This document shows positions 10,065 to 20,014 of a stretch of 58,951 nt of DNA, piece by piece. The translations under genes were made by a program, and so were the position numbers. Under the pieces are notes generated by a model. The model was not told the origin of the DNA. It did no database searches and worked only from the letters and a program-made list of their open reading frames with translations. Source of the DNA: Corallococcus praedator (GTDB taxonomy: Bacteria; Myxococcota; Myxococcia; Myxococcales; Myxococcaceae); NCBI RefSeq assembly GCF_003612125.1, contig NZ_RAWI01000010.1:1-58951 (forward strand). Reading direction: 5' to 3'. The first letter of the stretch is position 1. Every line of letters starts with the position of its first letter.

Positions 10065-11153
10065 TCACCCACGTCGGCGAAAACTCCCGAAAGAGAAACG
10101 GGCCATGAACCCGAACACCGGAGGCGAGTTCTTCAGCCGGAGGGCCCGCTTCTCCACCAGATGCCAGGAGAGCGCCGCGAGCAGCACCACCACGGGCAGC
10201 GACAGCGTCGCGTTCACCCACCACGCCACGGAGCCACCCATCAGCCAGGTCACGGTCTGCTGCACGGGGAACGCATAGACATACACGCCGTAGGAGAAGT
10301 CTCCGTGGCGCGCGAAGCTTGAGAGGCGGCTCGGCAGGAAGGCCAGGTACAGCACCAGGTACGTGCCACAGCTCCCCACGGCGTACTTCAGGCCGCCCCA
10401 GCGCGCGGTCGCCACCAGCACTCCCACGCAGCCCAGCGCCAGCCAGGGGCTCATCCGCAGCCGCTCCCGGAACAGGTACAGCAACAGGCCACCGCCGAAG
10501 TAGAGATACAGCTCCGGCCAGAGGTTCAGCCGGGGGCCCACGCGCGGCACGAAGGGCACCAGCGCCGCCACCGCCCAGGCCACCAGGGCCACCTGGCGCC
10601 GCAGCAGCCCCACCACGCCCAGCCCCGCGACCAGCAGGTAGAACCCCACTTCGTACAGCAGCGTCCACAGCGAGCCATTCACCGCGTCCGGGTAGGCGTT
10701 GCCGTGGAAGACGCCGGGCAGGTTCCACTGCGGCTGGTACAGGGCGAGGTTGCGCAGGAGATAGAGATACGTCTCCGGCGACTGGAAGTAGCCCGCCAGG
10801 GGCAGCTCCGTCAGCGCGGGCCCGAGCAGGAACACGGTCGCCAACAACACGCACGCCAGCCCTGGGAAGATTCGCAGCGCCCGCGCCCACAGGTAACGGG
10901 CCATGCTCGGCGAGCGCTCGTAGCTCTGGGTGATGAGCACGCCGCTGATGAGCAGGAACACCGCCACGCACAGCCGGCCCAGCGTCATCTGCCCGTGGGT
11001 CAGCGCCTCGAACGGCTCCGGCGTTCCCGCGCCCTGTCCCAGGGGGAACGCGTGCGAGAAGATGACGCCCACCGCGGCCACGAACCGGATGAAGTCCAGG
11101 TTGTTGCGCCTGCCGTCCAGGCACTGTCGCAGGGTGGGTGAAGTGGAGGGCAT
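10065..11153 (-). CDS. acyltransferase family 3 (OafA/YrhL-like) integral membrane protein
   Basis: N-terminal NNLDFIRFVAAVGVIFSHAF motif and about 10 predicted TM segments. Start taken at MPSTSPTL; the upstream extension is Arg/Gly-rich junk. Confidence 0.8.
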   Translation of the reverse strand: MPSTSPTLRQCLDGRRNNLDFIRFVAAVGVIFSHAFPLGQGAGTPEPFEALTHGQMTLGRLCVAVFLLISGVLITQSYERSPSMARYLWARALRIFPGLACVLLATVFLLGPALTELPLAGYFQSPETYLYLLRNLALYQPQWNLPGVFHGNAYPDAVNGSLWTLLYEVGFYLLVAGLGVVGLLRRQVALVAWAVAALVPFVPRVGPRLNLWPELYLYFGGGLLLYLFRERLRMSPWLALGCVGVLVATARWGGLKYAVGSCGTYLVLYLAFLPSRLSSFARHGDFSYGVYVYAFPVQQTVTWLMGGSVAWWVNATLSLPVVVLLAALSWHLVEKRALRLKNSPPVFGFMARFSFGSFRRRG

Positions 11154-11346
11154 GGGCACCGCCCTCCAGTCTCGCCCGAGCCCCCCGCCGCTCAAAGCCC
11201 GGCCTGTCGTTCTCCCGAGGGCGCACGGCACCCGGGCGGGCCCGGCACCCTCGCCAAGAGAGCGAGCTGGCATCCAGACCGCCGAGCCCGCGCTTCAGCT
11301 CGGGTTCCCGCATCCCGCGCGCGACGCGGACAGGCGCTCGCTGGAT

Positions 11347-12579
11347 TCAGGGACCCTGGAGTGCGTTTTCGGCGCCCGCCAGTCCAGGCACCTCCACCGG
11401 CGAACGTCGGTGCACGGTCGTCCCGTCACCCAGTTGGCCGTAATCGTTGTAGCCCCAGGTCCACACCGTGCCGTCCGCATTCACGGCGAGCGAGTGATTG
11501 TAGCCAGCGGCCACGGTCGTGACGCCCGTGAGGTCCGGCACCAGCGCGGCCCTGCTGCGCTCGTTGTCGGTGCCATCCCCGAGCTGGCCGTAGCCGTTGT
11601 AGCCCCAGGCCCGCACCGTGCCGTCCTGCTTCAGGGCCAGCGTGTGAAAGCCCCCCGCGGCCAGGGCCGTGACGTCCGTGAGGTCCAACACCTGCACGGG
11701 CGCATGGCGCTCCAGGGTCGTCCCATCTCCGAGCTGTCCATAGACGTTGTAGCCCCAGGCCCACACCGTGCCGTCCTGTCTCACGGCGAACGAGTGGAAG
11801 ATGCCAGCGAAGACGCCCGTGACGCCCGTCAGGCCCTGCACCTCCACCGGTGAACGTCGGTGCACCGTCGTCCCGTCACCCAACTGGCCAAACGTGTTGT
11901 CGCCCCAGATCCACACCGTGCCGTCTTCCTTCAACGCCAGCACGTGGTTGCGCCCCGTGGCGATGGAAGTGATTCCCGTGAGGTCCGGCACCTGAAGGGC
12001 CTGGGCGCGCTCCGTGTCCGTCCCATCCCCGAGCTGCCCGTAGCCGTTGTAGCCCCAGGTCCACACCGTGCCGTCCGCCTTCAAGGCCACCGAGTGGTAG
12101 CCCCCCGCCGCGAGGGCGGTGACCTCCGTGAGGCCGTCCACCTGCACCGGCGCGTTGCGCGCGAAGGTCGTCCTGTCACCGAGCTGGCCATAGACGTTGT
12201 AGCCCCAGGTCCACACGGTGCCATCCGCCTTCAACGCCACCGAGTGGTAGGCGCCCCCGCTCACCTGCGTGACACCCGTCAGCTCCGCCACCTGCATCGG
12301 CGAGCTCCGGGTCGCGTTCGTCCCGTCGCCCACCTGGCCGAAGGTGTTCTCGCCCCAGGCCCACACGGTGTCGTCCTCCAGCACGGCCACGGAGTGGTAC
12401 CAGCCGGCGGCGATCCGGCCCCCTTGCGTGAGGCGGTTGCTGGCGGTCCTCAACGCCAGTGGCTGCGTCCGTGCCTCCTGGGTGGCACCGGAGGCGGACG
12501 GCTCGCCCCCACAGCCCACCATCACGGCGCTGACCACGAAGAGCATCCACCCCCACCACTGCCGTGCTTCTGACTTCAT
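11347..12579 (-). CDS. RCC1-repeat beta-propeller lipoprotein
   Basis: Signal/lipobox MKSEARQWWGWMLFVVSAVMVGCGG; 7 RCC1 repeats (GTVWTWGYNxYGQLGDGT); SD AAGAGG upstream of the ATG at 12579. Confidence 0.85.
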   Translation of the reverse strand: MKSEARQWWGWMLFVVSAVMVGCGGEPSASGATQEARTQPLALRTASNRLTQGGRIAAGWYHSVAVLEDDTVWAWGENTFGQVGDGTNATRSSPMQVAELTGVTQVSGGAYHSVALKADGTVWTWGYNVYGQLGDRTTFARNAPVQVDGLTEVTALAAGGYHSVALKADGTVWTWGYNGYGQLGDGTDTERAQALQVPDLTGITSIATGRNHVLALKEDGTVWIWGDNTFGQLGDGTTVHRRSPVEVQGLTGVTGVFAGIFHSFAVRQDGTVWAWGYNVYGQLGDGTTLERHAPVQVLDLTDVTALAAGGFHTLALKQDGTVRAWGYNGYGQLGDGTDNERSRAALVPDLTGVTTVAAGYNHSLAVNADGTVWTWGYNDYGQLGDGTTVHRRSPVEVPGLAGAENALQGP

Positions 12580-12844
12580 ACGAGCCTCTTTCGATTTCGG
12601 AACGGGCGCGGCTCCTCTTCCAGCTCCCGGGTGCAGGGCACCGCCAGGGAAGCGTCGAAAGGAGCGCGGCGCGAAGCTACCTGCACAGGGTTGCGTTGGA
12701 ATCTGGGTCGTCTTCGCCCCTGGCGCGACCCGCCCGACCGCGAAAGTCCAGGGCTCGCGCACACGATGTTGGCGGCCGTATCGCGCGGGTGTTTCCCAAA
12801 CACAGAATGCCCGCAGCGGCTTGCTGGCATGACACCCACATGCC

Positions 12845-13732
12845 CTACGCGACGATCGTGGCCTCCATCACGGTGAGGGCCACCCCACCGACGCGGGCGC
12901 GCTCGATGCGGCCCGGCCTGCCAGTGACTTCGATGTCGATGCGGCCCGGCTTGCCCAGGGTGTCTCCCTGTTCGATGCGGCTGCTCACGGTGCCGCCCTG
13001 CTCCGGCAGGCGCAGGACGCCGTGCTCCGCGAGGTAGGCCGCCAGCGGGCCCGCGGCGGAGCCCGTCACGGGATCCTCCAGGATGCCGAAGCCCGGGACG
13101 AAGTAGCGCGCCTGCGCCACGCTGCCCTCCTCCTTCGCGTCCCGCGTGAAGAGATACACGCCCCGCACGCCGTGCGGCATCAGCAGGGCGTTCATCGCCG
13201 CGCCCCTGGGGGCCAGCGCTTCCAGGTCCTCCCTGCGCCTCAGGGGCACCACCAACCGGTGGCCCTGGCGGATCACCGGCAGCCCCGTGTCCACCTGCGC
13301 CACCGTGCCGCCCAGCAGGGGCATCAGCGCCTCCAACGACACGGGGCTGGGCTGCGCCGCGGGCTGGGGGGTGACGATCCAGACCTGCGTCCCGCGCGGG
13401 CCCCGGGGCTCCAGTTCGATGTCGAACATGCCGGCGGGGCACTCCAGGCGGTAGGTGCCCGGGCTTCGCAGCAGCCCCTTCTCCGCGAGCAGGTGGAAGG
13501 TGGCGACGGTGGCGTGACCACAGAAGGGAATCTCATCCACGGGCGTGAAGTAGCGCAGGCGCACCGTGGGGTCCTCCGGCCGGGACAGGACGAAGGCCGT
13601 CTCCGAGGCCCCCACCACGGCGGCGATCCGCTGCATCGTGGGGACATCGAGCGAGGACGCGTCGAGCATCACCCCTGCCCGGTTTCCCTGCCCCGGGGTC
13701 TGGGTGAAGGCATCGATGATCTGCACCTGCAT
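12845..13732 (-). CDS. PhzF-family phenazine-biosynthesis-like isomerase
   Basis: MQVQIIDAFT..GNRAGVM N-terminus and overall PhzF/DAP-epimerase-fold signature. Confidence 0.8.
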   Translation of the reverse strand: MQVQIIDAFTQTPGQGNRAGVMLDASSLDVPTMQRIAAVVGASETAFVLSRPEDPTVRLRYFTPVDEIPFCGHATVATFHLLAEKGLLRSPGTYRLECPAGMFDIELEPRGPRGTQVWIVTPQPAAQPSPVSLEALMPLLGGTVAQVDTGLPVIRQGHRLVVPLRRREDLEALAPRGAAMNALLMPHGVRGVYLFTRDAKEEGSVAQARYFVPGFGILEDPVTGSAAGPLAAYLAEHGVLRLPEQGGTVSSRIEQGDTLGKPGRIDIEVTGRPGRIERARVGGVALTVMEATIVA

Positions 13733-13744
13733 GGGGCACTCCGA

Positions 13745-13784
13745 GCGAAGAAAGGGGCGCTGAAAGGCGGAGGCATGCTCCGCC
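13745..13784 (-). terminator. putative rho-independent terminator after hsp20
   Basis: Perfect 7-bp stem GGCGGAG/CTCCGCC with a GCATG loop (13766-13784), followed on the minus sense by TTTCAGCGCCCCTTTCTTCG. Confidence 0.45.
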
Positions 13785-13812
13785 CTTCGGTCGCCGTCAA
13801 GCGCGGGGCCCT

Positions 13813-14481
13813 TCAGTGGATGGGCTTCTTCGGAGCGCCCTTGGCGCCACCCTTCACTTCGATGCGCCGGCCCAGGGCCCTGGCTTGCGGCAGCTTCATG
13901 GAGACCTCCAGGACGCCATCCTCGAACCGGGCCTGGATGGATTCCGTGTCGATGCCTTCCGGGAGCGGTACGACGCGCTGGAATGAGCCGAAGTCGCGCT
14001 CCATGCGCCAGATGCCTTCCTGCTCCTCCTCCTGCTCGAAGTTCCGTTCACCTTCGAGGATGAGCAGGTCCTCGCGCACCTCGACCTGGATGTCCTCCTG
14101 CTTCATCCCGGGCAGGTCGGCCCTCACCAGGAGGTTTCCGTCCCGCTCCACCACGTCCACCTGCGGCGACCAGGAGCCGAACTCCACGTCGCCTCCGCTC
14201 CGGAGGCCGAGGCCGCGTCCCATCCCGAAGTCCATGAAGAGCTGATCCATGTCCTCCATCATCCGGCGGAAGAACCCGAATGGACTCTGGGAAATGCCTC
14301 CCCTCTGGACGGCGGGGACCTGCGCTTCACGGCGCGAGATTCCCGAGCCCCTGGAGGAAGCGCGGGTGGGAGCGGTTTCGCGTGGGACGTCGGCCTGCCT
14401 GGGTTGCTCCGTTCCCTGGGTCCCAGCCCGTGGGGTGCTCGAGCCCCCGGAGCCCCCGGCCTTCACGTTTTCGGTTGCCAT
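13813..14481 (-). CDS. Hsp20/alpha-crystallin family small heat-shock protein with an N-terminal Gly/Ser/Arg-rich extension
   Basis: ACD core: WSPQVDVVERDGNLLVRADLPGMKQEDIQVEV..FQRVVPLPEGIDTESIQARFEDGVLEVSMKLP. Confidence 0.85.
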   Translation of the reverse strand: MATENVKAGGSGGSSTPRAGTQGTEQPRQADVPRETAPTRASSRGSGISRREAQVPAVQRGGISQSPFGFFRRMMEDMDQLFMDFGMGRGLGLRSGGDVEFGSWSPQVDVVERDGNLLVRADLPGMKQEDIQVEVREDLLILEGERNFEQEEEQEGIWRMERDFGSFQRVVPLPEGIDTESIQARFEDGVLEVSMKLPQARALGRRIEVKGGAKGAPKKPIH

Positions 14482-14720
14482 GACAGCCTCCTCGGAGAGC
14501 GGCCCGGCCGGCCTCTGGCCCGTCGGGCAGTCCCCTCCAATCGAAGTGGGATGAGATCATCCCAGTTGAAAGCTGGCGGTCCGCGCGGGCGCCATCAAGA
14601 GGCTGCCGCCCGCACAACGGCTCCGGTGGAAGCATGGCCGGGCCTGCCCATGGCCCGTCACCGTCCTTTCTCCCATAACAGGGTTGAACGAGCGGCTCCG
14701 AGCAGGCACAGCAGGCAGGC

Positions 14721-15272
14721 ATGAATCACGCGAAGAAGGTCGGGTGAGGGGTGCTGGCGGGGCTGCTCCTGGCGGGCAGCGCGTCCGCGCAGATCGTCAA
14801 CGTGCAGGCGCTCTTCGACGAGAAGGCGGAGCTGGGACCGGCGGCCGCGATCGAACTGGGTGGCGACTGGCGCACGGGCAGCACGCAGCTGTTCTCCGTG
14901 CGCGGCTCGCTGGTGGGGCAGCTCCGCTCCGAGCGCAACGTCTGGCTGGGCGTCATCCGGGGCGAGTAGTCCTTCGCCAGCGGCGAGCGCATCGTCAGCC
15001 AGGTCCTGGAGCACGTGCGCTTCCGGAGGCGTTTCACGGAGCGCGTGTCCGGCGAGGCGTTCGTCCAGCACGAATACAACGAGTTCCGCCGGCTCCAGTT
15101 GCGAGCCCTCCTGGGTGCCGGGCCACGCTTCGTGCTGTTCAACGAGGAGGCCACCGGGCTCACCTTCGGCACGGTGGGCATCGGCTTCAACCTCACCTAC
15201 GACAGCGCGCCCCCCGCGACGGTGCCGGCCATGGACACCCAGCTTCGCACCACCGTGGGCGTGAAGTTCTAG
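14721..15272 (+). pseudogene. DUF481-like outer-membrane beta-barrel protein gene interrupted by in-frame stops (TGA at 14745-14747, TAG at 14967-14969)
   Basis: All in one frame: MNHAKKVG(TGA)GVLAGLLLAGSASA signal peptide, then ...GVIRGE(TAG)SFASGERIV...GFNLTYDSAPP...TVGVKF. The track splits it into 14751-14969 and 15015-15272. Confidence 0.5.
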
Positions 15273-15288
15273 GAGTAGACTGCCCGCC

Positions 15289-16134
15289 ATGGCGTCCCAT
15301 CCCGTCCCCACACCCATCGTCCTCCTTGGTGGAGGAAAGCTCGCGGAAGCCATCATCAAGGGGCTGCTGCGCTCCGGACAGGTGAGCCCGTCCGACCTCC
15401 GCGTCACCGTGCGCCGGCCCGAACGGGGCGAGGAGCTGCGCTCCCGGCACGGCGTGCACGTCCTCACCGACAACGCCCAGGCGGTGCGCGGCGCGGCGGT
15501 GGTGATGCTCGCGGTGCGACAGGCGCAGATGGCGGAGGTGATGGCGCTCATCGCCCCCGCGCTGGAGCCGGGCCAGGTGGTGGTGTCGCTGTCCTCGGAC
15601 GTGCGCCTCGCGCAGTTGGAAGCGGCGCTGCCGTCCACGGTCGCCGTCATCCGGGCCATGCCGCACACCCCGGTGGGCGTGGGCGCGGGGCTGACACCGC
15701 TCACGCAGGGCACGCGGGTCACGGAGGCCGCGCGGCAGGCGACCGACACCCTGTTCGCGGCGACGGGCCAGCCGTTGTGGGTGACGGAGGAGCAGCTCAC
15801 GGTCTGCACCGGCGTGTCCGGCACGGGCCCCGCGTATGTGTTCCGCTTCGTGGAGGCGCTGGCCCAGGCCGCGATGGCCCACGGGATGGAGGCCACGGAG
15901 GCGGCGGCACTCGCGAGGGGCACGCTGATTGGCGCGGCGAAGCTCCTGGCCGAACCCGGCGCCACCACCACGGGCCTCATCGCCGAGGTGGCGACCCCGG
16001 GCGGCATCACCGTGGCGGGGCTGGAAGCGCTGGAGACCCACGGGCTCTCACGCGTCGTGGGCGAGGCCGTGTCCATTGGCATCCAGCGCGCGAAGGAACG
16101 CGCGGAGCTCTCCGCTCACAGCGCGCCGAAGTGA
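15289..16134 (+). CDS. proC: pyrroline-5-carboxylate reductase
   Basis: N-terminal IVLLGGGKLAEAIIKGLL NADP fold plus C-terminal P5CR dimerisation domain (TGVSGTGPAYVFRFVEAL, ATPGGITVAGLEALE). Confidence 0.85.
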   Translation: MASHPVPTPIVLLGGGKLAEAIIKGLLRSGQVSPSDLRVTVRRPERGEELRSRHGVHVLTDNAQAVRGAAVVMLAVRQAQMAEVMALIAPALEPGQVVVSLSSDVRLAQLEAALPSTVAVIRAMPHTPVGVGAGLTPLTQGTRVTEAARQATDTLFAATGQPLWVTEEQLTVCTGVSGTGPAYVFRFVEALAQAAMAHGMEATEAAALARGTLIGAAKLLAEPGATTTGLIAEVATPGGITVAGLEALETHGLSRVVGEAVSIGIQRAKERAELSAHSAPK

Positions 16135-16799
16135 CGGCGCAGGCCCCGCTGGCCCGAGGGCGTGACGACGAGTCCGCGCGAGTCGGGTTGACGTTCCACC
16201 CAGCCCAGCGAGAACACCCGTGAGGCGAGCGCCGCCCCCAGCGCCCCGGCCAGGTGGTCGCGCCGCTCGCTCCAGTCCAGACAGCGGTGGGCGAACTGGC
16301 GGCGCTGTTCTCTCAAGGGGGCCAGCTCGATGCCGAAGGCCTCGAACCAATCCTCGCCGCTCGGGGTCAGCGCGAAGGCGCGGCGCCGCAGGGAGAGGTG
16401 CCCACCGCGCAGGAGCGCATCGGTGATGCCCATCCCGAGCCTTCCCGCCAGGTGGTCGTAGCAGTAGCGAGCGGCCCGGAGCGGCTCCGGCGTGGCCGAG
16501 GCCCGGGGTCCTCGGACGGCCACCGTCATCAGCGCCTCCACCATCCGCGCCACGGTGGGCGTGGCGAGCCGGAACACCTTGTTGCGCCCCTGGCGGGTCG
16601 AGCGGATCAACCGGGCCTGCTCCAGGCGCTTGAGGTGCACGGTGGCCGTCGCGGGGCTGACGCCGGTGCCGAAGGCCAGCTCCTTGGCGACGAGCGACCG
16701 CCCCTCCATGAGCAGCTCCAGCATCCGGATCCGCGTGGCATCCCCCACGGCGCCCGCCAGCGCGGCGAGGTCCGGCCCTGCATCCATCGTTCGTTCCAT
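16116..16799 (-). CDS. ArsR/SmtB-family winged-HTH transcriptional regulator with a C-terminal extension
   Basis: LAGAVGDATRIRMLELLMEGRSLVAKELAFGTGVSPATATVHLKRLEQARLIRSTRQGRNKVF; convergent with and overlapping the proC 3' end. Confidence 0.7.
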   Translation of the reverse strand: MERTMDAGPDLAALAGAVGDATRIRMLELLMEGRSLVAKELAFGTGVSPATATVHLKRLEQARLIRSTRQGRNKVFRLATPTVARMVEALMTVAVRGPRASATPEPLRAARYCYDHLAGRLGMGITDALLRGGHLSLRRRAFALTPSGEDWFEAFGIELAPLREQRRQFAHRCLDWSERRDHLAGALGAALASRVFSLGWVERQPDSRGLVVTPSGQRGLRRHFGAL

Positions 16800-16861
16800 G
16801 ACGAACCGTTTCCTAGCACAGGGAGGGTCCAGGAGGAGGACAGTGCCCGAAGCGAGGACTG

Positions 16862-18007
16862 ATGACACCGCCCACCGACCCGTATCAGGCCGTCACCCAC
16901 CCCGACCCCTACCCGTACTACGCCGCCCTGTGTGAACAGGGTGGCCTGCAGCGCATCCCGGGCTTCGAGCCGTGGATCGCGGCGGATGCCGCCACGGTGC
17001 AGGCCGTGCTCACGAGCGAGCATTGCCGGGTGCGGCCCCCGTCGGAGCCCGTTCCCCTGCATCTGGTGGACTCCGCCGCTGGCGTGCTCTTCGGGCGGCT
17101 GGTGCGGATGAACGACGCCGCGCCCTACCCGCTCGTGAAGCAGGCGCTGGCCGACGTGCTCCCCATGGTGATGCAAGCGGTGGCAACGGAGGGCCACCGC
17201 CAGGCCGCCCGGCTCTTCTCGGAGTCCCGGCTGTCGCGCCTGCCGGAGCTGGCGCTCCAGTTCCCCGTGCTCGTGCTCGGCTCCCTGCTGGGATTTCCAG
17301 AGGACACGCTGGAGGAGCGCGCGCGGGACGTGGAGGCCTATGTCCGTTCGGTCGCCCATCCTGCGGCGAGCCACGCGGGAGCAGAGGCGGCCGCGCGGCT
17401 CACTGAACATGTGGCCGTCAGCCTTCAAGCAAGGCCTCGCACCCCTGATGTGTTGAGCGCCTTCGCCGCGCGGATGCAACAGGTGGGAGCGCCCATCGCA
17501 GCGCTCGTGCCCAACGCGGTGGGATTGCTCACCCAGGCGTATGAAGCCACCGCGGGCCTCGTGGGGGCTTCACTGCTTGCCTTCGCGCGGATGCCCGAGC
17601 TGCGCGAGCAGCTTGCCCGGGGTGAGTGCTCGCTCGAGGACGTCGTCCGCGAAGCAGCCCGCCACGAGTCGCCGGTCCAGAACACCCGGCGCTTCCTCCC
17701 TGCGCGCGCGACGCTCGCGGGGCAGGAGTTGGAAGCGGGAGCGACGGTGGTCGTCGTGCTCGCCGCCGCGAACCGCGATCCCCGCGTGAATCCCCAGCCC
17801 GACGCCTTCCTCCCCCGCCGCGAGGCCCGCCGGACCTTCACGTTCGGACTGGGCGCCCATGCCTGCCCGGGACAGGCGCTCGCGGTGACGATGGCCTCCG
17901 CGGCCGTGGAGCGGGTGCTCGCGAGCGGCCTGGATCTCACCCCTCTGTCGCAATCCGTCACCTGGCGTGCGTCCACCAACGCTCGCATCCTGGGAGGTCT
18001 GTCTTGA
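16862..18007 (+). CDS. cytochrome P450
   Basis: Heme-binding loop FTFGLGAHACPGQALA (FxxGxHxCxG); EXXR (ESPVQNTRRF) region. Confidence 0.85.
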   Translation: MTPPTDPYQAVTHPDPYPYYAALCEQGGLQRIPGFEPWIAADAATVQAVLTSEHCRVRPPSEPVPLHLVDSAAGVLFGRLVRMNDAAPYPLVKQALADVLPMVMQAVATEGHRQAARLFSESRLSRLPELALQFPVLVLGSLLGFPEDTLEERARDVEAYVRSVAHPAASHAGAEAAARLTEHVAVSLQARPRTPDVLSAFAARMQQVGAPIAALVPNAVGLLTQAYEATAGLVGASLLAFARMPELREQLARGECSLEDVVREAARHESPVQNTRRFLPARATLAGQELEAGATVVVVLAAANRDPRVNPQPDAFLPRREARRTFTFGLGAHACPGQALAVTMASAAVERVLASGLDLTPLSQSVTWRASTNARILGGLS

Positions 18008-18348
18008 TCGCCGTCATCTTCGAAGTCTGGGCCCACGAGGACCACCGCCAGCGGTATCTCGACCTCGCCGCGGCCCTGCGGCCCCTGCTGTCGGGCATCG
18101 ATGGCTTCATCTCCATCGAGCGTTTCCAGAGTCTCAGCGAACCGGGCAAGTTGCTGTCGCTGTCCTACTGGCGTGACGAGGCCGCGGTGGCCGAGTGGCG
18201 ACGCCTGGAAGCCCACCGTGAGGCCCAGAGTGAAGGAAGAGAGTCCGTGTTCCGCGACTACCGGCTGCGAGTGGCCCACGTCGTCAGGGATTACAGCCTG
18301 AAGGACCGGGCAGCCGTGCCCGCCGACAGTCGCACCGTGCACGGCTGA
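18004..18348 (+). CDS. antibiotic-biosynthesis-monooxygenase (ABM) domain protein
   Basis: LIAVIFEVWAHEDHRQRYLDLAA...ISIERFQSL...LSLSYWRDEAAVAEWRRLEAH ferredoxin-like ABM fold. TTG start overlaps the P450 stop (TTGA); GGGAGG SD 7 nt upstream. Confidence 0.65.
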   Translation: MIAVIFEVWAHEDHRQRYLDLAAALRPLLSGIDGFISIERFQSLSEPGKLLSLSYWRDEAAVAEWRRLEAHREAQSEGRESVFRDYRLRVAHVVRDYSLKDRAAVPADSRTVHG

Positions 18349-18465
18349 GCTGGAGGGGCGACGACAGGTCTCCAAGAGGCCTTCCGTTCGGACAGCCCCG
18401 TGGGTGGCATCTCCCCCCGTCGCATGCGGGCAATGACTCCCCCACCTTCTTTCCGGGGGTGCACG

Positions 18466-18882
18466 ATGAGGGATGGGTTCAGGAATGCAGGGCTCATGGG
18501 GCTGGCGGCCCTGCTGCTCGGGTCTCCAGCGTTGGGACAGACAGCGGACCCGCCCGAAGAAGGGTCCGAAGGGTCGCCGCAGTTCTCCTGCTTCGAGGAG
18601 CTCCGCTCGGGAGGAGGCGCCGCGAGTGAAACCCTCGCGGCCCAGCTCTGTCAGGGGGCTCGTTCCGAAGCCCCGGCCCGGTGTTTCCGCCGCGTCCAGG
18701 AGGGAGGCTTCCTGTCGGATCCGCAGGCGCTCCAGCTCTGCCAGTACGCCACGCAGTCGGATGATCCCGCGTCATGCTTCCTCAAGGCACGGACGTCTTC
18801 ATTCCTGGATGAGTCGCAGCTCGTCCAGCTCTGCCGTCCGCCCATCGCGGAGATGCTGAAGCTGTGCCCCTACGGGCCTTGA
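18466..18882 (+). CDS. secreted hypothetical protein with four tandem Cys-containing repeats
   Basis: Signal peptide MRDGFRNAGLMGLAALLLGSPALG; repeats of the form xCF(x)..(A/L)QLCQ: SCFEEL..AQLCQGA, ARCFRRV..LQLCQYA, ASCFLKA..VQLCRP. Confidence 0.5.
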   Translation: MRDGFRNAGLMGLAALLLGSPALGQTADPPEEGSEGSPQFSCFEELRSGGGAASETLAAQLCQGARSEAPARCFRRVQEGGFLSDPQALQLCQYATQSDDPASCFLKARTSSFLDESQLVQLCRPPIAEMLKLCPYGP

Positions 18883-18988
18883 CCCGGCGCCGCCCGTGGC
18901 ACCTCTGCCATGAATTGAATTGGATGAGCCGCCACCTTCCAACGGGTATAGAATCCGCACCGCTCAGGCTCATGCACAAGGCGGCCCC

Positions 18989-20014
18989 ATGCTTGTTCTT
19001 TCCCTGATGACCTCCGCACACCTTCTTGGCGCGACGCCAGCGGCCCGGCTCGACATCCGGTGGGACACCTCCGAAGCAGACGCGGCCCTCGCCATCCTGG
19101 AGAAAGGCGAGGCGGCCAGCCCCTCCGACTGGAAGAAGCTCTTTCGCAGCAAGTGCTTCGTGCGGCTCGAAGCGCGAGAGGTCGCGCTGGGCAAGACACT
19201 GGGAACGCCTCGGACAGTCGACCTGGAGGCGTTCCGCCGTCACCTCACGAATCCGGAAGTGCGAAGCCAGAGAGCGACCTTCCTCCGCTCCCTTCAGGAA
19301 TGGAAGAAGACGGACCTGGAATCACTCTCGCGCAAGGTGCAGCGCTTCCTTCCCACCGGGAGTCCGCAGTCGTTCACCCTCTGCCCGATGATCAAGCCAC
19401 AGGACAACTCCTTCGTCTTCGACCTGGGCGGCAAGGAGCCTTCGATCTTCCTGTATCTCGATCCGAACCTCACCCAGCCGCAGTTCGAGGTCATGGTCGC
19501 CCACGAATCGCATCACGTGGGGCTTGGAGGGCACAAGCGTCCCGACCTCCTCGCGAAGGTCGAAACGCAGTCCCAGCAGGTCCAGGACGCCTGCCAATGG
19601 ATGGGCGCCTTTGGAGAAGGCTTCGCCATGCTCGCGGCCGCGGGGGGACCCGACGCGCATCCCCATGCGGTGAGCAAGGTCGAGGACCGGGAGCGCTGGG
19701 ACCGGGACATCGCGAACTTCCCCCAACACTTCGCGGAGCTGGACGCCTTCTTCGTGAGCATCCTCGAAGGCCGACTCAAGGGAGATGCCTTGCGCCAGCA
19801 AGCCGCCCGCTTCTACGGTCCTGAACAAGGCCCCTGGTACACGGTCGGCTACCAGATGGCGGTCCTCGTCGAGCGGCATCTGGGGCACGCCCGGCTCCTT
19901 CAATGCATGGAGGATCCACGCCTCCTGCCCGGCGCGTATGAAGAAGCCACGGCGAAGGCTGGCGGTACCCGGCCGCACTGGAACGCGAAGCTCCTCGAGC
20001 GACTGGCGTTCTGA
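18989..20014 (+). CDS. hypothetical secreted protein with an HExxH motif (putative zinc metallopeptidase-like)
   Basis: N-terminal signal-like MLVLSLMTSAHLLGATPA; VMVAHESHHVGL (HExxH); no confident family assignment. Confidence 0.4.
   Translation: MLVLSLMTSAHLLGATPAARLDIRWDTSEADAALAILEKGEAASPSDWKKLFRSKCFVRLEAREVALGKTLGTPRTVDLEAFRRHLTNPEVRSQRATFLRSLQEWKKTDLESLSRKVQRFLPTGSPQSFTLCPMIKPQDNSFVFDLGGKEPSIFLYLDPNLTQPQFEVMVAHESHHVGLGGHKRPDLLAKVETQSQQVQDACQWMGAFGEGFAMLAAAGGPDAHPHAVSKVEDRERWDRDIANFPQHFAELDAFFVSILEGRLKGDALRQQAARFYGPEQGPWYTVGYQMAVLVERHLGHARLLQCMEDPRLLPGAYEEATAKAGGTRPHWNAKLLERLAF

Noticed and set aside
10930-12573. Plus-strand ORFs (10930-11853, 11860-12573) with PGPHRAV repeats
   Set aside because: Mirror-frame artefacts of the minus-strand RCC1 repeat gene; the repeat periodicity derives from the RCC1 blades.
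14658-16082. 474-aa minus-strand ORF antisense to the DUF481 and proC genes
   Set aside because: Arg/Gly/Ala-rich and low complexity with no GC3 bias; it is antisense to well-supported genes.
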